Assembly (NCBI RefSeq): GCF_004010195.1 | Contig: NC_057712.1 | Coordinates: 39,865,470-39,929,469, forward strand | DNA length: 64,000 bases | Source of the DNA: Chiloscyllium plagiosum | Taxonomy: Eukaryota | Direction of reading: 5' to 3' | Shown: positions 39,021 through 50,629 of the stretch, in pieces | How the letters are laid out: each line of letters starts with the position of its first letter | Position numbering within the stretch: position 1 is the first letter of the stretch | Notes under the pieces: generated by a model | Seen by the model: the letters and a program-made list of their open reading frames with translations, nothing else | What the model was told of the DNA's origin: nothing | Database searches by the model: none | Position numbers and translations under genes: made by a program

Positions 39021-39786
39021 CACTTGCTCAATGCCCTATGTTTAGTAATTTGTGCACATACGCCACCAATACTCCATTACCGTTTTAGAATTGTACCTAT
39101 TCTTTCTCCAATTTTTTTTTGAATGCGCGGATCCCTGAGGTCTGTGCATCACAGTGACTTCTGAAATTGCTGACTGGGGCTGCGTGGAACCTTGGAGGAG
39201 CTTCACTGCAGCTGCATGGCTGTGCAGCTTAGAGGAAACAAGGACTGTATAAATTAGTTTGTTGCCTCTCATCTAAAATTTCTTACTTCACACTTCCCTG
39301 CATTAAATTTTATCTGCCATGTTTTGCCTTATCCCACCAGCCTGTCTGCCTTCCTAAAGTCTGTCACTATCCTCCTCACAGTTCACAATACTTCCTGCTT
39401 CAACTCTATAAATTTCCAAGATTTCTCCAAGTGAAGCCTCCTCCAATTCTGGCCTCTTGAGCATCCCTAATTTTCAGTGACCCATAAGTATTGTATCATC
39501 TGCAAATGTTGAAGTTGCATCCTGTAAACACATTATGCTGTGATTATATAATCATCAGAGATGACACTGTAGTGGCCCCACTATTGAGATAGCTTATGTG
39601 ACAGGTTCACATAGGCAGGTGAAATTATAAATATGTACAAAGGAATTTATATCAGAATAAATTGATAAACATTTTATGACTTTACATTAGGCTTAAGTTT
39701 TAAAATGGGTACGATTTACAAACTGTACTTTTTCTTTATTTTTAAAAAAAATGAAAATTCAGCTATCAGTCCAACATGCACTATAC

Positions 39787-39907
39787 CTATATTCATTAAG
39801 GGCAAATTCCTCTGCTCGTTTCTTCACTTGTGACATTTGTTTGCGATGTTCAGTCTTTTCCTCGGCTCTCCGTTTTTCTGCTGCCTCATGGCCAATTCCA
39901 CCGCGTC
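39787..39907 (-). CDS. GPATCH11: GPATCH11 exon 4 (GRGGIGHEAAEKRRAEEKTEHRKQMSQVKKRAEEFALNEY)
   Basis: End of G-patch GIG motif; ttgcag acceptor, gtatag donor; phases consistent. Confidence 0.93.
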
Positions 39908-39964
39908 CTGCAATGATGAAACATCATTTATCAACAGCTTGTACATCAAGTCAACCACGTACAA

Positions 39965-40190
39965 GATTAGACTAGATTCCCTAAAGTATGGAAACAGGCC
40001 ATTTGGCCCAACAAGTACACATTGACCAATTCCCCTACCCTATATTTATCCCTGGGTAATGCTCCTAACACTATGGACAATTTAGCATAACCAATCCACC
40101 TGTTCTGCACAGCTTTGTGACTGTGGGAGGAAACCAGAGCACCCAGAAGAAACCCACACAGACATGGGGAGAATGTGCAAACTCCATATC
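39965..40190 (-). mobile_element. HE1-like SINE fragment
   Basis: Reverse complement of V-domain and tail. Confidence 0.8.
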
Positions 40191-40421
40191 TGTTCTTATC
40201 AAAAACGCTGTTACGCTTTATAAAAAGGTTTGCAGCATTGCTGTTTATTATTAAAGTACATCTTCACATATGTATGTAAGTATTTATTTACAGTTATAAG
40301 TCCCAGCAATCATCGAACTAACCACACCTGCAGTTTGTCTAATTAGGAAAAGTCATTTTTAAAACAACCTGCCCAGAAACGTGATGACATACCTTAGGGG
40401 AAGGTGAGACTTTTACCCAGA

Positions 40422-40634
40422 CTGAAAATGTGTTGCTGGAAAAGTGCAGCAGGTCAGGCAGCATCCGAGGAACAGGAGAATCGACGTTTCGGGCATAAGC
40501 CCTTCTTCAGGAATCGGGCTTATGCCCGAAACGTCGATTCTCCTGTTCCTTGGATGCTGCCTGACCTACTGCGCTTTTCCAGCAACACATTTTCAGCTCT
40601 GGTCTCCAGCATCTGCAGTCCTCACTTTCTCCTC
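40422..40634. mobile_element. Penelope-derived inverted-repeat element (family A) with hammerhead core at 40483-40510 (-)
   Basis: Near-perfect inverted arms; flanking near-direct repeat ttttacccagactg / ttttaaccagactg. Confidence 0.88.
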
Positions 40635-40752
40635 CAAGATTTTAACCAGACTGTCTGGCTCAGAGATAGGCTACCAACTGTGTCGCAAGACCCTACTGAG
40701 AAAGGTCAATCAGGCAACAGCTCTTCACTGTGACAGAAACAAGTCATGATGA

Positions 40753-40825
40753 TGTGTGCATCTGGTTTCAAATCAGGAACCTTTTGTGTATGAAGCAAGT
40801 CTGTTAACCACTACATTACAGAAGC
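40753..40825 (-). pseudogene. Degenerate tRNA-Val-derived sequence
   Basis: Minus strand GCTTCTGTAATGTAGTGGTTAACAGACTTGCTTCATACACAAAAGGTTCCTGATTTGAAACCAGATGCACACA aligns without gaps to vertebrate tRNA-Val(CAC); many CpG-type transitions break the stems. Confidence 0.7.
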
Positions 40826-41843
40826 AATACTTATAAAAGGACAGAATCCACAGTTAATGCCAATAAGCTAAGTTAAAGATTACTAATATAAAATTAACAT
40901 CTAACAGTCATCCTCAACCACACAGAACTGCTTTATTCCTAATCTCTGAAGCTTTCCAAATATCATAACCTTGCCTCCTGCATTCTTACTTAAAGATGAT
41001 TAGCCCTAGTTCTCTCTCTCCTTCTCTTCTGTTTCAGTGCTACTGGAGATTTTGAGACAACAGAAATCTGAGGAAGATGCCAATCAAATGGACTACTTTA
41101 GAGAATTAATCAACTCTCTATCAGACTTGCCCCACAAGTTCTTTACTAGAAATAAACTGATCCTCACTACTCATGGAGCATCATTGTCTGGCCACACTGT
41201 TGCTCAGCCTAGTCATCTTCCACAGATGTGTTTCAATCACTGTACTACTGTTTCCCTTTCCATTGTGTCTGAGCTGATCTCATTAATTCACTTCTGCATC
41301 TCCCCCTATACAGATCAGCCTGCCCCTTCTCCATGTGTGTACAACAAACACATCATTGAAACATGGTTACAGTAGGAAACCAAAACAGTAAGGACAAGGA
41401 GATTCCCTGGCTTCAAAACACATTGATAAAGAAAACTTCTGGACAAAGAAGGATTCTTCATACTAAACCCAATCCAGAAGATAGACATACTTCAAATGAC
41501 TTGTATAGCTACCCCAATTCCTCATTACTTCCTTCGCCAATCTCCCAGATTCTTCACACCAAACGCATCACCTCTGTTTAGCCTATCTCCTGTTCCCACA
41601 ATGTCTTTCCCACTCAACTCTTAACAATTCGTTCTGTAATGCACTGACAATTTAAATGATGTCCCATAACATAACTGCATCACAATCTTTAGCATAGTGG
41701 TTTTGGATTGAACTGGATACGAATACTCCCAACACCTGTAGTTTTCTTTCAAAATCCATATCAACGCTGATTGAGTATAAAATTTGTTGCAATAAGAGAA
41801 TGGAGACACCTCTAAAAAATCATGGCGAACAGGATTAACTTAC

Positions 41844-41885
41844 CAGTTTTAATCTGTAGTGGAATAGGTTCAACAATTCCATTTC
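41844..41885 (-). CDS. GPATCH11: GPATCH11 exon 3 (GNGIVEPIPLQIKTG)
   Basis: G-patch motif GIVEPI; tttttcag acceptor, gtaagt donor; 42 nt. Confidence 0.95.
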
Positions 41886-43042
41886 CTGAAAAATGAAAGA
41901 TTGGACTTAAAAGATTTTAATGACACAAGCTTGAATTGTATAATTTACTAATCAATAATAATCCTGTGAGGAATTAAAGAGAAACATCTTGACCTGGATG
42001 ACTGGGACATGGAACTCCAGTGAGTGGTTGAGAAAAATAGTCAGGATGAATTTAAGAGGGAGTACTTTTGACAACATGTAAGAGAAAGGATAGAATACAT
42101 ATATGGTAAAATAGTAGTAACAGAGGCTCAACTGATTGGGCTTGGGAAGAGGGAGAGGGAGAGGGAGCATGTGTATCTGTGTAAGGCAAAATAAACATAA
42201 GGTTGAACTAGGTCATTCTGCAAGCAATTTCACACCAAGGCTGTTGGAAACCTTGGGCTCTCCCCCCGCCACAAAAAAACTTGCTGATGATAGGGTTATT
42301 TGGTATGAGTTTATTTTATTATATGCATTCACCATATAAACCCAGGCTGTGCACATACTGAATCTGGCCTCACTCCAGTGTTGTCACCGCTGGCCATTAT
42401 TTCAGTATCTTTAGAACATATTTGGTGGGTGGGGATATTAAACTAATGGCTCCCAAAGTATCTGGTACCTCCTTTGCAAATTTGAGCTCATTTCTGTCTC
42501 TTTTCTCCTTCAGCTTGATAACACTCCAGGATTTCTTCAACTGAAGGCTTTCTCCAATTCTGGCCACTTCAGCACCCCCAATTCTCCATGCCCCAAAAGC
42601 AGTGGTCATATAAGCAACTGCCTGGGCTATAAGCTTCAGAAATCCCTCCCAAATCTCTATGCCTTGTGACTTCTTTCCTCCGGTCAGACATTCCTTAATA
42701 TCTACCTGCTTGCCCAAGCTTCTGGTCACTTGTCTCCAATCTCCTGATGAAGCAATGGTGGTGAATTTTGATTTATGTTATGTTCTTGTGAAACACTTTG
42801 CAATGTTTTACCACATTTACAAATGTTGTTGCAATACCATGAAGTGATAGAACATATTGAAATCCTACAAAAGCAATATTTTGTTTCAAATGGAGTTACC
42901 TTTTGTTGTCATATTACATTTAAGACTTTATCATTGCAATTCACAAAAAAGTCCGTAAATACTGTGATTAAATGCAACTGTCTACACACACAAACACACA
43001 TCTCAAAACAGTGTCTTAGGTCTAAGATGATTGACAACGTAC

Positions 43043-43269
43043 CACTTTTGCCAAGACCATGACCTTCTTTATATCCCATCTTCTGAAGCAATGTGAAGCC
43101 CTTGTTTTCACTTCCTAACGAGCTTTGTAACATGGTCTCGCGTCTCTCTTTCTCCTCTTCCTTTTTGCTCTTCTGCTTGTTTTCCAGGATCAATTCCATT
43201 GCACGCTCTCTCTTAAGGATTTCTTCTTTCACTCTTCTGACCATAACCAGACCTGGTTTAACATCCTGC
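43043..43269 (-). CDS. GPATCH11: GPATCH11 exon 2 (QDVKPGLVMVRRVKEE...ENKGFTLLQKMGYKEGHGLGKSG)
   Basis: G-patch N-terminal half NKGF.LLQKMGYK.G.GLG; cctag acceptor, gtacgt donor. Confidence 0.95.
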
Positions 43270-43422
43270 CTAGGTGATCACAAATAGCAGTATTATCTTT
43301 AATTTTCTCTGAAAAGAAATTTGGCAAAGGCATTGGCTTTCCCTTGCTGGGACACAGTTTCAGGCCGCTCAATGAGTGGTTCCTCAAGGACCCCTTTTTT
43401 GTGTCCACATATTTGACCATAG

Positions 43423-44125
43423 TAGGAGAAAGTGAGGACTGCAGATGCTGGAGACCAGGGTTGAAAAATGTGGTGCTGGAAAAACACAGCAGGCCAGGCA
43501 GCATCTGAGGAGCAGGAGAATCGACTCTTCGGGCATAAGCCCTTCATTTCAGGAATGAGGCTGGTGTGCCAAGTGGGCTGAGATAAAGGGTAGGGGGGAG
43601 GGAATTTGGGAGAGGGGCGCTGGGAATACGATAGGTGGAAGGAGGTGAGGGTGAAGGTGATAGACCGGAGAGGGGGTGGGGGCGGAGGGGTTGNNNNNNN
43701 NNNNNNNNNNNNNNNNNNNNNNNNNNNNNNNNNNNNNNNNNNNNNNNNNNNNNNNNNNNNNNNNNNNNNNNNNNNNNNNNNNNNNNNNNNNNNNNNNNNN
43801 NNNNNNNNNNNNNNNNNNNNNNNNNNNNNNNNNNNNNNNNNNNNNNNNNNNNNNNNNNNNNNNNNNNNNNNNNNNNNNNNNNNNNNNNNNNNNNNNNNNN
43901 NGAGAGGGGAGGTGTGGGCGCAAGTCTTGCACCTCCTGCGGTTGCAGGGGAAGGTGCCGGGAGTAGAGGTGGGGTTGGTGGGGGGTGTGGACCTGACGAG
44001 GGAGTCGTGGAGGGAGTGGTCTCTCCGGAACTTGATAGGGGTGGGGAGGGAAAATATCCCTGGTGGTGGGGTCTGTTTGGAGGTGGTGGAAATGATGGTA
44101 GATGATACGATGTATCCGGAGGTTG
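43423..44125 (-). mobile_element. 5'-truncated Penelope-like element spanning an assembly gap; source family of the family A inverted-repeat elements
   Basis: FRRDHSLHDSLVRS...PGTFPCNRRRCKTCAH is the Cys-rich linker between RT and GIY-YIG; pLTR at 43423-43560 with a mutated hammerhead. Confidence 0.85.
43694..43901. other. Assembly gap (208 N)
   Basis: N run with G-rich flanks. Confidence 0.99.
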
Positions 44126-44703
44126 GTGTAGGGGGCATCAATCTTAATTTTCAACAGCATTGCCCACATCCAGGAAAACAAACAACAGTCAAGCAGAAGG
44201 TCTCTCCCCTCTGCTCTGGAAAACACTACCACCAGAACAACTTAATTTGTCACCTTTGCTACTTGTGGGAACATGGCTGTGCACAAACTGCAGTACCACA
44301 TTTGCCTATGAAATTCACTGCTATAACAATAGAGCAGACCATTCAGCCCCTCAAGTCTGCTTCGCCATTCAACTTTGTCAGAGCTAATCATCTACCTCAG
44401 TGCATTCTTCCCATACTACCTCCTGATCTTGACATCTTTAATATGTAGAAATGTATTAATGGCTGTCTTGAATGTTTGAGCCTCCAAAGGCCTGACAATT
44501 CACCGCCGAGTGAAGAATGCCTCATCCCTTGATTAATGGCCAGTACTTACTCTGAGAGTGTGTACCCTAGTTCTGGACTCCCTAGCAAGGGAAAACATCG
44601 TTCCTGCATCTAACTTGAGTCCTGTAAGAATTTCACGAAGTTCAATGAGATCATTTCTTAGTCTTCTAAATTTTTAAGAGTACAGGCCCTGTTTCCTTAA
44701 GTT

Positions 44704-44852
44704 AAAAATCACTCAACAAACACCAGGTTATATTGGAAGCACACTAGCTTTCGGAGCGACGCTTCCAGTTAAACCTGTTGGACTATAACCTGGTGTTGTG
44801 TGATTTTTAACTTTGTACAGCCCAGTCCAACACCGGCTCCTCCAAATCATGA
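44704..44852. mobile_element. Penelope-derived inverted-repeat element (family D), internally deleted, nested in an old CR1
   Basis: Similar to 46619-46817; flanked by direct repeat ctgtttccttaagtt at 44689-44703 and 44853-44867. Confidence 0.75.
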
Positions 44853-45038
44853 CTGTTTCCTTAAGTTCTCTTCGTAAGACAATCTGCTCTCTGACCTGCT
44901 GTGCTTCTCCTCATCCTCAGCTCTATAGTTTTTCTGTCCCTAGTCAACATGTTTAACATCAGCACTCTCTGCAACTAGCCCCAATCCCCGGCCGCTACTC
45001 CTTCTGAAAGGACCGTGACCACGGAGCCGAATCCTTAC

Positions 45039-45118
45039 TGCAAATCGACGAACACATCCGACATGTAATCATCTTTCTCCTCCTCGACTTCCTCCGGCCG
45101 CACACTCCCAGTCGCCAT
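45039..45118 (-). CDS. GPATCH11: GPATCH11 exon 1 coding part (MATGSVRPEEVEEEKDDYMSDVFVDL)
   Basis: DDYMSD motif of the GPATCH11 N-terminus; gagATGg Kozak; gtaagg donor; 8 exons total 813 nt = 270 aa plus stop. Confidence 0.93.
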
Positions 45119-45345
45119 CTCGCCAACCTCAGCCTCTGTCAGCGTCGAAGACTGGCGAACGCACATGCGCAGAGCTGCCAGGAGGCCTGCGGGCGATAGA
45201 TGCGCCTGCGCAATATGGAAACGGACCCTGTGCTGTACGTGCGCATGCCCAGAGCCGGTGGCCGGGCACCACGCTGCGACTGCGCGTGAGCGACTCTGTG
45301 TGTGTGTGTGTGTGGGGAGAATGCCGTGACTGCGCGTGCGTCCTG
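45110..45345. promoter_or_regulatory. Bidirectional CpG-island promoter GPATCH11/HEATR5B with NRF1-like and YY1-like motifs
   Basis: gcacatgcgca 45161-45171, tgcgcctgcgca 45201-45212, tgcgcatgccca 45240-45251; cgccatct over the GPATCH11 ATG; CpG-rich ~44985-45610. Confidence 0.85.
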
Positions 45346-45517
45346 TCGGTGACAGATCGTGGTTGTGGTGGTGGGGAGCTGCTGATGCTGGCGCTGGGGG
45401 CGGTTGCTGTCTCAGTCTCGGAATCGGAATCACTGACGGACTGAGCAGCAGTTCCTGCCCGCGGCGGAGTGAAGCCCTTACCGGATTCCCAAGCTCGGAT
45501 CTGGAAGCGGAGAGTAG
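45330..45517 (+). other. HEATR5B: HEATR5B non-coding first exon (5' boundary uncertain)
   Basis: Within the CpG island; strong donor ag|gtgagt at 45517/45518. Confidence 0.7.
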
Positions 45518-45748
45518 GTGAGTAGCTGGGCCGCAGGGTGAGGCGCTGTGGCCCCGGGGATTATTGACTCGGCGCATCGGCCTGTTGCCGGCCAGACGCC
45601 GGGAGCTGAGGGGGACAGGGCATTGTTCAGATTCCTCTCATCCCACCGTCCCAGTGACTCCCTCCCCACTCTCCCCCCTTCACACTCTTCCCCCCTACCC
45701 TCGCCCCCCTCATCCCCCCCTCATCCCCCTTCCCCCCATCCCTCCCTC

Positions 45749-45960
45749 NNNNNNNNNNNNNNNNNNNNNNNNNNNNNNNNNNNNNNNNNNNNNNNNNNNN
45801 NNNNNNNNNNNNNNNNNNNNNNNNNNNNNNNNNNNNNNNNNNNNNNNNNNNNNNNNNNNNNNNNNNNNNNNNNNNNNNNNNNNNNNNNNNNNNNNNNNNN
45901 NNNNNNNNNNNNNNNNNNNNNNNNNNNNNNNNNNNNNNNNNNNNNNNNNNNNNNNNNNNN
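45749..45960. other. Assembly gap (212 N) within a C-rich low-complexity tract (~45655-45995)
   Basis: N run. Confidence 0.99.
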
Positions 45961-46269
45961 CATCCCCCCCCCATCCATCCCGCCCCCATCCCTGATCTGG
46001 GCTGACAACTCATTCTTATTTAAAGTACGTATTGAGTAATACATTGGTAGGAGGAAATGTTTGAAGTATCCTCCTGTTTAAACTCATGAGCCAGTAGGGT
46101 TGAGTACAAATCCACATTTTTAGTTATAGGAGTCTAGGAGGGACATGAACATGCGTACAGAGTGAAACTGTTAATATTTCAGCTCAATTACGTTTATCTA
46201 AGTATTTATCAGGAATTCAGCTTCTCCGGTTTCTTCTGTCACCCACTAAGGTAATTACTGTGTATACAG

Positions 46270-47620
46270 GAGGACAAAGAAATTGAAAAGAGAGAATGTG
46301 AATGTAAAATAGCAAATATAAAAGCATGGTGTCAAAGCCTCTCTAAGTATGTAAACAGAAAATTAGCAAAAGCAAATGTGGGTTTGTTACAGCCAAAGCA
46401 GGAGATTTATAACAGGAAATAAGGAAAGTGGCAGATGTTAAATAAATACTTTGTGTGTGTATCTTCATAAATTAAGATACAAGCAGCGTCCCTGAAATAA
46501 TTAACATCCAAGTCTCTAGTGAGAGTGTGGAACTGAAAGAAGTTCCTGAAAGAAAAACTGAAAAATGTATTAATGGAGATATTCATGGGACTGAAAGTTG
46601 ACAAATCTGTGGGAAATCGTCCAACACCAGGTTATAGTCCAACAGGTTTGATTGGAAGCACTAGCTTTCGGTGTGCTGCTCCTTCATCAGCTGGTTGCCA
46701 ATCACCTGTTGAAGGACCGGTGCTTCGAAAGCTAGTGCTTCCAATTAGAACTGTTGGACTATAACCTGGTGTTGTGATTTTTAACTTTGTACATTCCAGT
46801 CCAACACCTCCAAATCATGGGAAATCATGATCTTCATCCTAGAGTGTTCAAAGAGCTGGCTACAGAGATAATGGATGCATCAGTCTTCAAATGTGAAATG
46901 TAGCATTTTGGTAAGGCAAATCAGGGCAGGACCTGTAGGATGAATGGTAGGATGAAGTTCCTTCAAGGTGGAGTCACAGGTAGACAGGGAAGTGAAGAAG
47001 GCATTTAGTACACTTGCCTTTATTGGTCAGTGCATTAAGTATAGGAGTTGGGATGTCATGTTGTGTTGTATAGGACATTGGTTAGGTCACTTTTGGAAAA
47101 CTGTGTTCAATTCTGGTGTCTCTGTTATAGAAAAGATGTTAAATATTTTCTGCACCCTTTCAAGTTTACAAGAAATTTGGGGGTTGAAGGGTTTAGCTGT
47201 GGGGAGAGGCTGAATAGACTGGGGCTATTTTCCATGCATTGTCAGAAGTTGAGGGGTGACCTTAATGAGATTTATAAGATCATGAGAGGCATGGATAGGG
47301 TGAATCTTTTTCCCAGGATAGGAGAGTTCAAAACTAGAAGACATAGTTTTAAGGTGAGAGAGGAAAGATATAAAAGGGATCTAAGGGGGCAACTTTTTCA
47401 CGGAGGTGGTACGTGTAGGGAATGAACTATCAGAGGAAGTGGTGGAGGCTGGTACAATTAGAACATTTAAAAGCATCTAGATGGTACATGAATCGAAAGG
47501 ATTTAGAGGGATATGAGCCAAATACTGGCAAATTGAAATAGATTAAGTTAGAATATCTGGTTAGCATGGACGAGTTGGACTGAAGGTTCTGTTTCCGTGC
47601 TGTACAACTCTGACTCTGAC
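46270..47620 (+). mobile_element. CR1 fragments with a nested Penelope-derived element
   Basis: ORFs 46968-47213 and 47048-47425 are CR1 ORF2. Confidence 0.85.
46619..46817. mobile_element. Penelope-derived inverted-repeat element (family D) with hammerhead cores at 46662-46690 (-) and 46706-46734 (+, mutated)
   Basis: Inverted arms caacaccaggttatagtccaacag / ctgttggactataacctggtgttg; direct repeat tgggaaatc on both sides. Confidence 0.85.
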
Positions 47621-47629
47621 TTGTTTTGA

Positions 47630-47750
47630 TGCCTCTAGTGGTACAGTAGTAGTGTCCCTACTGCTAGACCAGGGGATATGGGTTTAAGGCCCGCCTGCCC
47701 CAACAGTGTGTCATAGTTTACCTGCATAGGTTTGTTCGAAAATATCTAAT
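47630..47750 (+). mobile_element. tRNA-derived SINE head (second family; related copy at ~63083-63195)
   Basis: gtggtacagtagtagtgtccct..gggtttaagg versus gtggcacagtggtagtgtccc..gaattcaagt A/B-box layout. Confidence 0.6.
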
Positions 47751-47948
47751 CTGGTGACTCTTTGCACCACATGCTTAATTTTTGAAATTGTACTTCCTGA
47801 ATAAGCATAGTGTAATTTGTCATTTGTGTAATGCTGATCTAAATAAATGTTTTTTTTAAACAGAGCTGAATTGTAACCCTGGATTGTTATGTGAGGCTGA
47901 ATCCTCAGTCTGCTTATTTCTATTTACTTGTGGGCTCGCCCCAGATAA

Positions 47949-48137
<189 letters not shown>

Positions 48138-48204
48138 TAAAGAACAGGTTGAACTAGACGAAAACAGCATGAATTGTAAATGATTGACTCGTTGGTATTT
48201 TAGT

Positions 48205-48350
48205 GTACAGGAGAAAGTAAGGACTGCAATTCACGGAGATCAAAGTCAAGAGTGTGGTGCCCTTCATCAGTATGCCCGAAACATCAATTCTCCTGCTCCT
48301 CAGATGCTGTCTATCTTGCTGTGCTTTTCCAGCACCATACTCTCCACCCT
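48205..48350. mobile_element. Degenerate family A Penelope-derived inverted-repeat element
   Basis: aggagaaagtaaggactgca.. / tatgcccgaaacatcaattctcctgctcc..ttttccagcacca. Confidence 0.7.
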
Positions 48351-49405
48351 TTGTGTGCAACAGCATTTCTAGTAAAATAATTGATTACGATTTTTAAGTA
48401 GGTGTCACTCGAGAAGTATATTCCTACAAGTTCAAAGAGAATACAGAATTGTGTAATGGAAAGGAAGATATCAAGTCAAGTGCCAGGCCAATAAAAGTGA
48501 AGCCACTATACTATCATTTCCTGAATAGAGGATTGTTCGACTAGTTCCTTTATCCCTTCTCCACCATGCTCCAGAATACACACATGTCTGCCCAGCTGAA
48601 CGATCTTCTGTATTTTTTCTTCAGGCTGCAATGATATTGTCGTAGGCTTCTGGGATTGGAAGCTTCTTTGATAATAGTAAAGGGGAAAAAGCGGTTATTG
48701 CCCAAGAAGTCAGCATCAGATGACCAAAGGATCTGGAAGAGATGCATGGGTGAAGGGGTAAATGAGAGCTTAGAGGAGAAGGTGAAGGTTTTAAACATTG
48801 AGGTGCTTGGTGTGGTATAGGACAGGGGTGATGCATTTAAGAGACCAGTTCACACATGGAAGTGTTTGGGTAAGTTGGAGCATATGGGGAGAATTAGAAG
48901 TTAATTGAGACAACATTAAAGTAATGAGTTACTGTCGCAGAGTTTGATCAGCAGGGGCACTCAGGTAAAGGTGCTGACTGGCAATATTACCCCGAAAAGG
49001 GAAAACCTTCTTGCTCAATGACATAAGAGATTTGAAACTCTGCCCTACGTTAAATGGGCATCAAGAGTTTGCAGCCAAAGAAAGGATGTAGTCAGTAACA
49101 AGGGAGATGACTTAATGGCATGATCCAAATATCAGTCTTCCTGCGCTGTCAGAGAAAATTGTGACTTATCTATGGTCTGATGTCAGACAGACAGTCTTGA
49201 CATAAGTCTGAAGAAGAAGAATTGGGTATCAAGAATGTGTTTAGAAGTTGGCCTCATAATATTCTGAAAGATCAGCATAAGGAGGAAGATGAGGGAGATC
49301 CCTGGGTGACTCCATAAGTACAAGGATGGGAAGTGTCAGGTTGTTGTAAAATGAAACAGCTCAGCTGCATTTATCACCAAACAGGTCAATAATATAAGAA
49401 TTTAA

Positions 49406-49696
<291 letters not shown>

Positions 49697-50629
49697 TAAG
49701 TGCAAGTCAAGGAGAAAACATATGGTATAGCTGATGTGACTAATTTAAATTAAGTCGGTAGTCTGTGCAAGAGCTAACTGTGGAGATTGTATGAAATCTT
49801 ACATCACAGCTTAAGGCCAATTTGTCTGTACTGCCTATGCACTACTTTGAAAGATCACATGAATTGCCATTTGAAAATTGCTAGCGATGCCAGCAACCTG
49901 AGAAGTTTTGCCTCCATTAAACATATCGGCGTGAGACTCTTCGAATGAAAAATTGGCAAATAATTTGTCCTAAGAAAATAATAAATTTTCCACAATACTC
50001 CAATTAGGATTTATTTTATAATGTCTTCATAAAGTGCATTACGAAGACTTGGCATAACTACTTTGCTTCTGTACTGTGTCCCTATTTATAAAGTCAAGGA
50101 TTCTGTATGCTTTTTTTTTAACAACATTCTTACCTTCTGTCACTTTTGAAGATTTATTTACACATACCCATGTGGTCTGAACATGGATCTCTGTGGAATA
50201 CTGTTGTATTGTGCACTTACTTCCAGTCTAAAAAAATCACTCCCACTATTTGCTTTCTGTCCCTTAGCCAATTTTGTAACCAATCCCATTGGCTTCACTT
50301 TTTCTAATAAAAATGCTGAGGCTTAGGTGCATTCTGGGAGGAATTCCAGGAAATTCAGCAAGTTTTCCATCTGTTGACCCAAACTTAGTTTGATTTTATT
50401 TTTGTAAAATGGTGGAAGACATTTTTAAAGTGAGTGAGTAGAAGGCTTGGACATCTGGAGGGAAGCAGTGGTATAGATTTGATGGCCTGAATGCCTTTTA
50501 ATGGACAGAAACAAACCCACAGTAGCACCAAGCAGAATGTTTTCTAACTCTGAGCATAATTTTTAAAGACTTCTGCTAGCTTCTTTCTTGCTGTTTGCTC
50601 ACATTCCCCAAAAACCTTTGCAAGAGTTT

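Noticed and set aside
43299-44448. Long ORFs of 227-280 aa on both strands
   Set aside because: Artefacts of reading through the N gap; the real coding signal is the Penelope remnant.
45035-45577. 180-aa ORF as a long N-terminal extension of GPATCH11
   Set aside because: Only the last 27 codons resemble GPATCH11; the rest crosses the GC-rich promoter and HEATR5B exon 1, where stop-poor frames are expected.
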